Shown one piece after another: positions 1 to 11,000 of a stretch of 58,782 nucleotides of DNA. This stretch comes from an uncultured Planctomycetaceae bacterium (GTDB lineage Bacteria > Planctomycetota > Planctomycetia > Pirellulales > Thermoguttaceae): contig CAYSGY010000002.1 of assembly GCA_964430315.1 (NCBI GenBank), positions 1 through 58,782 of the forward strand, in the 5' to 3' direction. The first letter of the stretch is position 1. Each line of letters starts with the position of its first letter. The notes under the pieces were generated by a model. It worked only from the letters and a program-made list of their open reading frames with translations, searched no databases and was not told where the DNA came from. Position numbers and translations under genes: made by a program.

Positions 1-1885
1 CGGCCGGCGGCGGGAAGATCGCTTCCCAGAATTCGTAGTCGAACCAATGCGAGAAGCCGGGAATCCCCGCCGACGAGCCCCAGCCGTAGCGGGAGTTCAT
101 CACGACGGCGAACGCGCCGTGATCGTCGTAGACGAAGTGCTCGGCCACGGAGTCGCTGCTCCCGCCCAGGTCGAACGCCCCGGAATAGCAGGCCTGGCTG
201 TACGCGAGAAACGGATAGGCGTTGGTCAGCCCGTCGACGATCGAGCCGGTCAGATACATCGCCCAGTCCGTATCGCCGTGGCCCAAGTGATTGACCACGT
301 GGGGCGAGGCGTTCAGCGAGGCAACCACCGATTGCCGGCTGAAGGTGCCGTTTTCCTCATACAGCGTGGTGAAGTTGTAGTCGACAGGCATCACCTCGTC
401 GCGGATCGGGTCCTTCGAGTGGCTGCCGTAGACCTCGCCGTTGGGCCCGTACCAGAGATACTCTCCCATCCACACCGCGGACTTCGGATTCAGTGGTGGG
501 GTCGTCTCGTACTGGATCGTCTTGTTGACGAAGTTCTGTGCCTGGGTCGGCGTGTCCACAGGCGCCCGTCCCACGTAGACCTCCGACAGAAGGTCTACCT
601 CGCCGCCGCCGATGCCGTCGGTGAATTCGCCCCAAATGCTGTCGCCGTCCTCGTTCCAGGAGCCGTCGAGGCAGGCGAAGTAGAGGTCGGTGGGCATGGT
701 GGGGTCGACGCCGCCGCAAGAGGCGTAAGCCGCCCGGTGGGGCACCGTCCCCGTATCGCCGCCCAGCAACACATATTGGGTGTTCCAGGTCGAATACGCG
801 TCGCGAATGAAGTTCCGTACTTGCTCCGCACGGTCCCTTCCGGAGTATTGCGCGTAGATGTCCTCCACCGTATAGATGATCGCACTGACGCCGCGGGCCA
901 GTTTCTGCGCGATCAGCGGGGTGAACGACGACACAAGCGAAGAGCTTGTGATAAGAACGTAAGAGTACGTGCCGGGAGCGAGCAGCGTCTCAGGGGCACC
1001 GGTTCGAGAAACACTCCCGTAGGACGACAAGTCCTGCGGATTGGCCACCATGCCGGCGACCACCGCCATGTCGCTCTCCAGCCCGCGAGGCAGCATGACC
1101 GACGAGTCGGCTTCGTCGGCGACGGCCTGGACGGTCACATCGATCGACGAATAGAATCGCAGTCCTTGTGCGGTGGCTTGGAGGGGGTAGACGTTCACGA
1201 CCGCGACCGTGTAGCCCCGCACGTGCTGCACGCCCACCAACTCCGCGAGGTGGCCCGAGGCGGCCGGATTGGCCTGCCCGGCGGACGACGCAACCGGCCC
1301 GTCTCCCCCGGAGGTGGCAGCCGCCTGTGCGGCGAGGGTGATCGAGTATTGCTGGTCGAGCAGGCTCCCGTCGGCAACCGACACCTGCACGCTGCCGACG
1401 GCGGTCTCCGGAGGCAGCAGCACGCTGAGTGGGACCACCGGGAGCATGGGAGTGCCCGCCACTTCCGTTTGGGCTGCCCCATCGAGAAGGAACACGCCGC
1501 CGCCGTCGACCGGCTGGTAGTAGAGCGAACCGACGCTCACCTGGATTTCCACGGCAGGGCCTGCGCCGCCGCGGGTGACCGTGTGGGCCGAGATTGCCGT
1601 CGGTTGTGCGGGAGCCACGGCGGTCAACGCCGCGAGTTCGGAGGCATCCGGTTGGTTGAGGTACTCGGAAACCTCCGTCCACGAACGCTGCCCCAAGAGG
1701 CAGGGAGTCACGGCTTCCGTTCCCACGCCAACCGCCAGAAGGGTCCGCTGTTCGAGCGACTCCAGGCGCGAGGCCCGGCCGACGATGGGGCGACGCCGTG
1801 CCCGCGGCGGCAGGAGACTCGATCGTCTTCGCCGGCTCCCGACGATTGCACCCAGCCGCTGAAACGTCCTGAACAAGCTGGCCAT
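1..1885 (-). CDS. Peptidase C25 (gingipain-like cysteine peptidase) family protein with the shared N-terminal leader; C-terminus lies beyond the left window edge
   Basis: Not in the ORF track because it has no in-window stop. The minus-strand ATG is at 1885..1883 (GAGGGTG a few nt upstream, in-frame stop at 1904..1906), and the frame stays open down to position 2 (628 codons). My translation starts MASLFRTFQRLGAIVGSRRRRSSLLPPRARRRPIVGRASRLESLEQRTLLAVG. C25 hallmarks follow: YSYVLITSSSLVSSFTPLIAQKLARGVSAIIYTVEDIY, QYVLLGGDTGTVPHR, PTDLYFACLDG and VYVGRAPVDTPTQAQNFVNKTIQYE. The candidate catalytic His is in VVNHLGHGD (codon 278..280) and the Cys in YSQACYSGAFD (codon 188..190), 30 residues apart, similar to the gingipain His/Cys spacing. 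The listed plus-strand ORF 47..1903 is its antisense shadow. Confidence 0.8.
   Translation of the reverse strand, partial: MASLFRTFQRLGAIVGSRRRRSSLLPPRARRRPIVGRASRLESLEQRTLLAVGVGTEAVTPCLLGQRSWTEVSEYLNQPDASELAALTAVAPAQPTAISAHTVTRGGAGPAVEIQVSVGSLYYQPVDGGGVFLLDGAAQTEVAGTPMLPVVPLSVLLPPETAVGSVQVSVADGSLLDQQYSITLAAQAAATSGGDGPVASSAGQANPAASGHLAELVGVQHVRGYTVAVVNVYPLQATAQGLRFYSSIDVTVQAVADEADSSVMLPRGLESDMAVVAGMVANPQDLSSYGSVSRTGAPETLLAPGTYSYVLITSSSLVSSFTPLIAQKLARGVSAIIYTVEDIYAQYSGRDRAEQVRNFIRDAYSTWNTQYVLLGGDTGTVPHRAAYASCGGVDPTMPTDLYFACLDGSWNEDGDSIWGEFTDGIGGGEVDLLSEVYVGRAPVDTPTQAQNFVNKTIQYETTPPLNPKSAVWMGEYLWYGPNGEVYGSHSKDPIRDEVMPVDYNFTTLYEENGTFSRQSVVASLNASPHVVNHLGHGDTDWAMYLTGSIVDGLTNAYPFLAYSQACYSGAFDLGGSSDSVAEHFVYDDHGAFAVVMNSRYGWGSSAGIPGFSHWFDYEFWEAIFPPPA
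1733..1777 (-). other. Leader motif RASRLESLEQRTLLA (residues 37-51 of the C25 protein)
   Basis: Same motif, at the same distance from the N-terminus, as in both giant proteins. It is preceded by an Arg-rich stretch and is not followed by a Sec-type hydrophobic core. Confidence 0.7.
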
Positions 1886-1942
1886 GACACGCACCCTCGA
1901 TAGTCAGGATGAAGGATTGCTGCCGGATAAGCTACCCAATTC

Positions 1943-1956
1943 GGCCGCGCGCGGCC
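1943..1956. repeat. Perfect 14-nt palindrome GGCCGCGCGCGGCC in the spacer between giant A and the C25 gene
   Basis: Read directly from the sequence. It is self-complementary over all 14 nt and lies about 60 nt upstream of the C25 ATG and about 110 nt downstream of the giant-A stop. Function unknown (operator, RNA hairpin or chance GC palindrome). Confidence 0.6.
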
Positions 1957-1986
1957 CACCTCCCGGGGCCGTACCCGCCCGTACAG

Positions 1987-2016
1987 AAGATAATCTCCCA
2001 CGAGGAGGCGTGTCAA
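1987..2016 (-). promoter_or_regulatory. Candidate sigma70-like promoter for the C25 gene (TTGACA - 18 nt - TATCTT)
   Basis: The minus strand reads GCGTTTGACACGCCTCCTCGTGGGAGATTATCTTCTGTAC. It has a perfect -35 hexamer (2016..2011) and a -10-like TATCTT (1992..1987). The resulting 5' UTR of about 95 nt is similar in length to those predicted for the giant genes. Motif match only. Confidence 0.3.
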
Positions 2017-2065
2017 ACGCTTTCCCCGTTTTCGGAGCCGGTTGCCGTCGGGGGCGATTTCGGCG

Positions 2066-5000
2066 TTACGAGGGCGGGAAGTCCTTCGTGCTGCGGTTCT
2101 TCAGGGTGTCGTCGGCGAAGAACAGGAACCAGTCGGATCCTGACCCACCGTAGAGCACGTCGGCCGACTCGTCGTCGATGACGCCGTCGCCCTGCCTCAG
2201 GTTGATCCGCTGATCGGGGGGAAGGCCTTGGGTCAGGTTGGCCACGTGCGACGCGGGCGTGCCCTTGGCGGTCCATTCGGCAAGGATCTGGACAAGGTCG
2301 TCCGGGCTGTCATCGAAGGCTGTTTCGCCGCCGATGAGGATGTCGCCCTTCGAGCCGGCCTTCACGTTGTCGACCCCGAGGCCACCGATCAGCACGCTCT
2401 TGCCCGAGCCGCCGTAGAGCCAGTCGTCCCCGGCTCCGCCCAAGAGCAAGTCGCTGCCGCCGTTGCCGTAGATCGTGTCGTTTCCGTCGCCGCCCCGAAT
2501 GAGGTTCTTCGCCGAGTTCCCGTGGATCAGGTCCGCGAACGCCGTGCCGATCACGTTCTCCAGAGTGCCCCGCAACGCGAGGGTGGCGCCCTCGCCGAAA
2601 ACCATCTGCTTCTGGCCCGTGCTCTTCCTGAGATCAATGGAGACTCCCACCGCCGCACCGGAGAAGTCGAGCGTGTCGGTGCCGCCCTTGTCGATGATGG
2701 TCAGCGGGACGTTGAGGGCCGCGATCGCGTAGGTGTCATTCCCGGCGAGCGACTCAAAGCGGACCTGCTCGACGCCGGCGAACGTGAACTCGGTCGTGGC
2801 ATCGCCCACGGTAATCGCCGCGCCGTCCGACGAGGACTGGAAGAGGTTGTCGCCTGTCGTGCCCTTGATCACGAGGGTGTCGGAGTTCTTCGCTCCCGCC
2901 CCGCCGGTGAAGGCGACGCCGCCGGGAATCGAGGCGATCCCGCCCGCGCTGAGGGCGTTGACATCGACGGTCAGCGTGTCGGTCTTGTTGTCCGCGCCGA
3001 TCACCTCCAGAGAGTTGAGCGGCGAGGAAAGCGGCTGGCTGAGCAGGAGGTTCTTGCCGCTGAGCAATTGGACGCAGCCGGCATCGAACGTCAGGAGGAG
3101 GCTGCCCCCTCCCGCCGGGGCGTTGAGTACAGGATCCGGGCCGTACTGGACGATCGTCGTCTCCGGCTTCGATCGGAGCGTGAGGGTGTTGCCCGTGCCG
3201 AAGACCCTCTGGGACGAGGTACTGGACGGATTGACGCTCACCTGCTGGCTCGCGCCGGTGAAGTCCAAGGTATCGACCCCGCCCGAGTCGCTGATCAGGA
3301 GCGGGACGGGCAGAGCCGTCACCACGAAGGTGTCGTTCTGCTTCAACCCCTCGAAGCGGACCTGTTCGAGGCCGACGCCCTCGATCGAGACTCCGTCGAG
3401 CTCGTAGTGGTCGTCGAGAGACCGAAAGACGCTGCCGGTCGTCTGGCCGTGGAGGACCAGGACATCGCTGCTGCGCCCGGCGCCGCCGTCGAACCGCAGC
3501 CCGCCGGGAATCTCAAACGCGCCGCCGTAGTCGAAGTCTACGGTGAGCAAGTCGACCTTGTTGTCGACCCCCGTCACCGTGAGCGAATTCAGCGTGTTGG
3601 CCGGCTGCTCGCGCAGGACTGCGTTGCTGGACCTGTTGAGCAACTGGACGAAGCCGCGCGCGGCATCGAGTCGCAGCCACAGGTTGTTGGTGCCGCTTCC
3701 CGCGGGGGCCTGGACCACCGGGTCGGGATTGTAGATGACCGTGATGTCCCTGGTCTGGAGGTTGCTGTTCGCCACGCCGTCGGTCACCTGGAAGGTGACC
3801 GTGCGGGTCGACTTGATCGGGGCGGCGCTGGTGTTCCGGTACGTGACGGAACGCAACGCGGCCTGGTAGTTGCCGACCGTGTCGGTGCCCGTCAGCGTCA
3901 GCGTCCCCGTCGTGGCGTTCCACGTCCCCGTAATGGTCGCCGTGTTCGCGAACCACAGCACGTCCTGCCCGTTCTGGTAGTTGGCCGCGATCCGAATCGT
4001 GGCGCCCGCTAGGTTGGCGTGATCGGCGTCGACGGCCGTGATCGACGCGGTGATCGCCGTCGCCGGATCGCCCTCCGTGTAGACCAGGGCCGCGGCCTCG
4101 ATTCCTCCGAGCACGGGCACCGCGTTGACCTCGCTCACGTGGAGCGTCACCGGCCGGTCGGTGTTGGTCACCCCGTCGCTCACCCGCACGGAGAACGCGA
4201 AGTCCCCGGGCCCTTGCGCCTCGGTCGGCGTCCAGGTGAAGACGCCGGTCACGGCGTCGATCGCCGCCCCTGCCGGCGCTCCCACCAAGGAGAACGTCAG
4301 CGTTTGGGCCGGAAGGTCGACGTCGGTTGCATCGGCGTCGAACGTGTAGGGCTGAAGCTCCGGGATCGTCGCGCTGGCGGGAACGTTGCTCAACACCGGG
4401 GCTACGTTGACTTCGTTCACGTGCAACGTCACCGCCTGGTCGGTGTTGACCACCCCGTCGCTCACCCGCACCGTGAAGGTGTAGTCGTTCGGCCCTTGGG
4501 CCTCGGTCGGAGTCCACGTGAAGACGCCCGTCGTCGGGTGGATCGTCGCCCCGGCCGGAGCCCCCACCAAGGAGAACGTGAGGGTCTGGGCCGGCAGATC
4601 GACGTCGGTCGCATTCGCGTCGAACGTGTAGGCCTGAACCTCCGGGATCGTGGCGCTGGCTGGAACCCCGCTCAGCACCGGGGCTACGTTGACTTCGGTC
4701 ACGTGCAGCGTCACCGACTGGTCAACGTTCGCCGTGCCGTCGCTCACGCGGACCGAGAACGTATAGTCGTTCGGCCCTTGCCCTTCGGTCGGAGTCCACG
4801 TGAAGACGCCCGTCGTGGGATGGATCGTCGCCCCGGTCGGCGCTCCCACCAGGGAGAACGTCAGCGTCTGGGCCGGGAGGTCGGCGTCCGTCGCGTCGGC
4901 GTCGAACGTGTAGGCCGCTTGCTCCGGAATCGTCGCGCTGGCCGGAACCCCGCTGAGCACCGGCGCCGTGTTCACCTCGGTCACGTGCAGCGTCACCGAT

Positions 5001-8000
5001 CGGTCGGTGTTCGTGTAGCCGTCATTCACTCGCACCGTGAACGTGTGGTCGAACGCCCCTTGGGCCTCGGTCGGTGTCCAGGTGAAGACCCCGGACGCCG
5101 GGTCGATCGTCGCCCCCGCGGGCGCTCCGACCAGCGAGAAGGTCAGGGTTTGGGCCGGCAGGTCGGAGTCGGTCGCATCGGCGTCGAACGTGTAGGGCTG
5201 CAATTCGGGGATGGTCGCGTTGGCGGGAACACCGGTCAGCACCGGCGCCGTGTTGACCTCGGTCACGTGGAGCGTCACCTGCTGGTCGGTGTTCACCAGG
5301 CCGTCGGTGACCCGAACCGTGAACACGTGGTCGCCCGGCCCCTGGGCCTCCGTCGGCGTCCACTGGAAGACCCCCGACGTGGGATGGATGGTCGCCCCGG
5401 CGGGCGCTCCCACCAGGGAGAACGTCAGGGTCACGCCGGCTCCATCGGAGTCGGTGGCGTCGGCGTCGAAGGTGTAGGGCTGAAGCTCCGGAATCGTCGC
5501 CTCGGACGGCACGTTGATCAGCACCGGGGCCGCGTTGACTTCGAGGACGTGCAGGGTTAGCGTCTGGTCCGCCGTCAACACGCCGTCGCTGACCCGCACC
5601 GCGAACGTGTAGTCGCCCGGCCCCTGGGCCTCCGTCGGAGTCCAGCGGAAGACGCCGGACGCCGGATCGATGGTCGCCCCGGCGGGCGCTCCCACCAAGG
5701 AGAATGTCAAGGTCTGGGCCGGCAGGTCGGCGTCCGTCGCATCCGCGTCGAACGTATACTCCGCCTGTTCGTCGATCGTCGCTTCGGACGGCACGTTGCT
5801 CAGCACCGGCGCCACGTGAACCTCGTTGACGTGGAGGGTCACCGACTGATCGGTGTTCGCCACGCCGTCGCTCACCCGGACCGTGAAGGTGTAGTCCGCT
5901 GCCCCCTGGGGCTCGGTCGGCGTCCAGGTGAAGACCCCGGACGCCGAGTCGATCGTCGCCCCTGCCGGCGCTCCCACCAGGGAGAACGTCAGCGTCTGGG
6001 CCGGGAGGTCGGCGTCCGTCGCGTCGGCATCGAACGTATACTCCGCCAACTCGTCGATGGTCGCCTCGGCCGGAACCCCGCTCAGCACCGGGGCCGCGTT
6101 GACCTCGGTCACGTGGAGCGTGACCGGCTGATCGACGTTCGCCGTGCCGTCGCTCACGCGGACCGAGAACGTGTAGTCGTTCGGCCCTTGCGCTTCGGTC
6201 GGCGTCCACGTGAAGACGCCCGTCGTCGGGTCGATCGTCGCCCCTGCCGGCGCTCCCACCAGGGAGAACGTCAGCGTCTGGGCCGGGAGGTCGGCATCCG
6301 TCGCGTCGGCGTCGAATGTGTATTCGGCCAACTCGGCGATGGTCGCCTCATCGGGGACCCCGCTGAGCACCGGCGGCGCGTTGACCTCGCTCACGTGGAG
6401 CGTCACCGACTGATCGGTATCCACCTCGCCGTCGCTCACCCGCACGGTGAACGTGTAATCGTTCGGCCCTTGGGCCTCGGTCGGCGTCCAGGTGAAGACC
6501 CCGGACGCCGAGTCGATCCTCGCCCCTGCCGGCGCTCCCACCAGGGAGAACGTCAACGTCTGGGAGGGCTGGTCCGCATCGGTCGCGTCGGCGTCGAACG
6601 TGTACTCCGCCAACTCGTTGATGGTCGCTTCGGCCGGAACCCCGCTCAGCACCGGGGCCACGTTGACCTCGGTCACGTACAGCGTCACCGGCAGGTCCGC
6701 ATCGACGAAGCCGTCGTTCACCCGCACCGAGAACGTGAATTCCCCGGGCCCTTGCCCTTCGGTCGGAGTCCACGTGAAGACGCCCGTCGTCGGGTCGATC
6801 GCCGCCCCGGTCGGCGCTCCCACCAGGGAGAACGTCAGCGTCTGCGACGGGAGGTCGGCGTCCGTCGCGTCGGCGTCGAACGTGTAGGCCGCCTCTTCCG
6901 GAATCGTCGCGCTGGCCGGAACCCCGCTCAGCACCGGCGCCGTGTTCACCTCGGTCACATGCAACGTCACCGATTGGTCGGTGTTCGTGTAGCCGTCATT
7001 CACACGCACCGTGAACGTATGGTCGAACGGCCCTTGGGCCTCGGTCGGCGTCCAGTTGAAGACCCCGGACACCGGGTCGATCGTCGCCCCTGCGGGCGCC
7101 CCGATCAACGAGAAGGTCAGGGTTTGGGCCGGCAGGTCGGAGTCCGTCGCATCGGCGTCGAACGTGTAGGGCTGCAATTCGGGGATGGTCGCGCTGGCGG
7201 GAACACCGGTCAGCACCGGAGGCACGCTGACCTCGGTCACGTGGAGCGTTACCTGCCGGTCGGTGTTCACCAGGCCGTCGGTGACCCGGACCGTAAAGGT
7301 GTAGTCCGCCGGCCCATCCGCCTCGCCTGGCGTCCAGGTGAAGACCCCCGACACGGCGTCAATCGCCGCCCCGGCGGGCGCCCCGACCAAGGAGAAGGTC
7401 AAGGTTTGGGCGGGCAGGTCGGCGTCGGTCGCGTCGGCATCGAACGTGTAGGCGGCCAGTTCCGGGATCGTCGCGGTGGCGGGAACGCCGGTCAGCACGG
7501 GGGCCACATTGGTGAAGTTGACCGTAATCGTGGCTGTCCCGGAAGCGGTGCTATAGGCCGTGGGATCGCCGTTGGTGGTCGTGTCGGCGGTGGTGCCGCT
7601 GATGCCGCGCATCCGGTCCCAGGCGCGGAACTGGATCGACGGCTTCGCGCTCACGCCGTCGTCGTAGTAGCCGATATCCGGAACGAAGCGGATGCGGTTG
7701 TTCGCCGTCGCGCCCAGGAGCCGCGACGCCGTCGGCGACGCGGCGCTGAGATCGAGCCACGTGGTTCCGCCGTCGGTCGAGTATTGCCACTGCCCGTGCC
7801 CGGCGGTGTCGACTCCGATCACGGCAATGCCCTCGGCCGAGGTCGGGTCGTCGCAGGTGATGGAGTCGATGCCGGAGCTGGCGATGATGTCGGCGACGGT
7901 GGTGCCGAGGTTGGTCTGGTCGTTCTTGTTGATGGCTGAGAGCTGGAACGGTTGGGTAGTGTTGAGCGTCGGGGCCGTGAGGCCGTGGACGATCGACACC

Positions 8001-11000
8001 TGGTAGTCTTCCACCTCGCCTCGCGGCGGCTGGATGCCGGTCCCTGCGCCCGAGTAGCCCGGATCGCCGGCCGCCAGCGGGGCGTCGGTGAGGCGGAACC
8101 GCACGAAGGTGGTCTTCGACACGGCGGAGTACGGCACGTAGAACGTGAACGTGATCTCTTGATCGCCGCCAAGCAGCGCGCCGTTGGCCTGCAAGGTGGC
8201 GATCGGGCTGCCCGTGGCCGAATTGATATTGTTGCGGATCAACTGCTCGCCGGCATCGGCCCAGTCGCCGTCGCCGTTGAAGTCGATCCACGCGCTCAAG
8301 TAAGCCGACCTGCCGAACTCAACCGGGTTGTGCACGGTCACGGTGATGGTGTTGTTGTAGCCGTTGGTCAGCGTGGCCAGGACGGTTCCGTCCAATTGCT
8401 TCACGCCGTCGTCGTCGACATAGCCTGCCGGAGCGGGCCCGTTGACCGTCCCTCCCAGGTTCTGGCCGTCGCCGGTGGCGGTTTGGTTGGTGTAGGCATA
8501 GGGGGCGCCGTTCTGTTCGTCGAAGTCGACGTTCTGCCCCAGGCAGAAGTTCGGATCGTACAGGTTCCGGGCACCGTTGCGTGCGAGGGTGGTCGGATAG
8601 GTGCTGTTGGGATACTGCGGCAGCTTCGTGACGCCGTCCGGCGCGTCGCCGAAATCGAGCGGCGCCGGCTGGAGGGAGACCTTGTAGTCCTCGATCTCGC
8701 CGAACCCGCGGTTCGCCATTCCGGCGGCCACCGCAGAGACTTCGCCCGCGTACCCCACGCCCGGCACGTCGCTGAGCCGGAACCGGAGGTAGGTGGTCTT
8801 GGCAACGTCCGTCACTCCCCACGGCACGGTGAAGGTGAAGGTGTTGACGCCATTCTGGAGGTTGATGTTGTTGCCGGTGGCCACGTCGATGTTGTCGCTG
8901 ATGAGTTGGCCGGTCGAAATATTGTCGGCGAAACGCTGGTCGCCCGCATTCGACCAGATCGAGGCGTCGTAGTAGTCGATCCAGGCCGAGAGGTAAGCCG
9001 GCTTGCCGGTCGGGTTGTAGAGGGTCACTTGGATCGTGTTTTCTACCCCGACGCGGAGAATCGGCAGGTTGTCTGCCGTCACGCCGTAGGTAAGGAATAG
9101 GACGCCGTCGTCGTCGTTCCCCGAGTTGGGAGAGAGCGCCTGAAGCACGTTCCCGCCGGCGTCGAAGTAGGTCTGGTTGCCGCCCGCCCCGTTATCGTCC
9201 CCCTTGGCGTCGCTGCTCGGCTGACCATCCGGCTCGAAGTCGACGTACTGGCCCAGGCAGAAATTCGGATTGTACCAAGCCGAGGCGCCGTTGCTGGCCG
9301 CCAGCGTCGGATAGTCGGTGGTGATCGACGCATTGTCGGGCGCATCGCCGTAGTCCTTCGGCGGCCCGGCGATGGTGATCTGGTAGTCCTCCACCTCGCC
9401 CTGAGGCAGGTACAGCCCCGTGGCGGAGTAGTTGCCGCCCGGGGAGGCCGCACCACCGCCTGTCGGCAGGAAGCCCATCCCGTCGCTCAACCGCACCCTC
9501 AGGAACGTATTGCCCAGGTTCACTCCGTTGCCAAGCTTGCTCCAGTCGGGGACCACGTGGAACAGGAACGTGCCGCCTGCGGTGACCTCAACGTTGGAAA
9601 TGATCTTCTCGATGCTGCCCGCCGAGTTGTCCCACGTCCCGTCGCCGTTGTAGTCGATCCATGCGCTGAGGTACGCAGGCTGCCCGCCGGGATTCACGAC
9701 CGTGGCCTGAAGGATGTTGTCGACGCCGACCAACAGCCTGAACTGATCGCCGTAGGTCACCAGACGGACCCCGTCGTCATCGGTCCCATCGCCGTTCGCC
9801 GTGGCGCTGGCGTTGCCGGGCCACTCGGAATCCACGTTTGTGCCCAGGTACAGATTCGGCCCGTTCGGATCGACGAAGTTCCGCGGCCCGTTGCTGGTGG
9901 CCAGCGTCTTGTGCGTGTCCGGAGCGTCCCCGAAGTCGGCAAACTGGACGATCGTGACCTGGTAGTCCTCCACCTCGCCGGGCAGCGGCGCCCCGGTCGT
10001 CCCGTCGGTCATCACCCCGGTGGGACCGGTCATCGCCTCGCTGCTCAGCCGTACCCGCATCGCCGTCGTTTGGTCGGCCACGTTCCACGGCATCACCAGC
10101 GTGACCGCCGTCGAGCCGTCCTGGGTCACGGAGATGGCCTGGTTCGAGCCGGTCGGACTGAATGCGGCCAGGAGCACGTTGTTCTGAATCACCTGCTCGC
10201 CGCTGTCCCACGTCCCGCTCCCGTTCAGGTCGATCCACACGCTCAGGTAGGGCGTCAACTGCGTCCGCGACGCGCCGGCCACGTCCTGGTCCGGGTTGTA
10301 AACCGTCAGCGTCAGGGTGTTGTTGACCCCGGCCACGAACGTCAGCTTGTTCGGATCGTTGGTGTAGACGTTGGTCACTTCCACCCCGTCCTCGTCGTCC
10401 GAACCCGTGTTCGGGACCCCGGTCGTCGTCTTCAGCCCATTGCGCAGCACCGTCTGGTCCCGGCCCGCCGTCAGGTCGTCGGTCGTCGCCGTGCCGTCCA
10501 ACGCCGCGATGGCGTCCTCGAAGTCCACGTACGCGCCCAGGTGGAAGTACGGATCGTAAAGCGCCCGCGCCCCGTTGCTCCCAGGCAGCGTGCCGTACGT
10601 GTCCAGCGCATCGCCGTAATCCATCGGCGGGGCCGCCACCGTGATCTGGTAGTCCTCCACCTCGCCCTGAGCCAGGTAGTGGCTGCCCGTCCCGGTGCCC
10701 GTCTCCACCGCTCCCATCCCGCTGGTGTCGCTTAGCCGCACCCGCAGGAACTTCGACCCGGTCGGCACGCTGTACAGCGGCGTGAACGCAAACAGGTTCA
10801 CCCCGTCGCTGACCGGCTGATCGTTCACGATACGCTCCGAGTCGTCCCACGTCCCGTCGCCGTTGTAGTCGATCCACGCACTGACGTACGCGTCGGCGGT
10901 GTGCTTGATTACATCCACTCGGAGGATGTTCTCCACCCCCGCACGCACCTCGAACTGATCGCCGTAGGTCACCAGACGGACCCCGTCGTCGTAGCTGTCG

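Noticed and set aside
47-1903. 618-aa plus-strand ORF, the longest listed ORF at the left end
   Set aside because: Its translation is Arg/Gly/Val/His-rich with no recognisable motif. It lies exactly antisense to an open minus-strand frame with clear C25 peptidase signatures, so it is a shadow ORF typical of high-GC DNA.
1708-2016. 102-aa minus-strand ORF overlapping the C25 start region
   Set aside because: It is in a different frame from the C25 ORF, spans the putative promoter and UTR, and its product has no motif. The in-frame stop at 1904..1906 and the SD-like GAGG support the ATG at 1885 as the C25 start.
2024-2055. Hairpin CCCCG..CGGGG just downstream of the giant-A stop as an intrinsic terminator
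   Set aside because: It has only a 5-bp stem, a ~22-nt loop and no following U-tract, which is too weak to call. Termination or read-through into the C25 gene is left open.
4124-7507. Regular 282-bp repeats considered as a CRISPR array or satellite DNA
   Set aside because: The units are contiguous with no spacers, are 282 bp long, and are in frame within a continuous ORF that encodes a coherent 94-aa Ig/cadherin-like domain. This is an intragenic protein repeat, not CRISPR.
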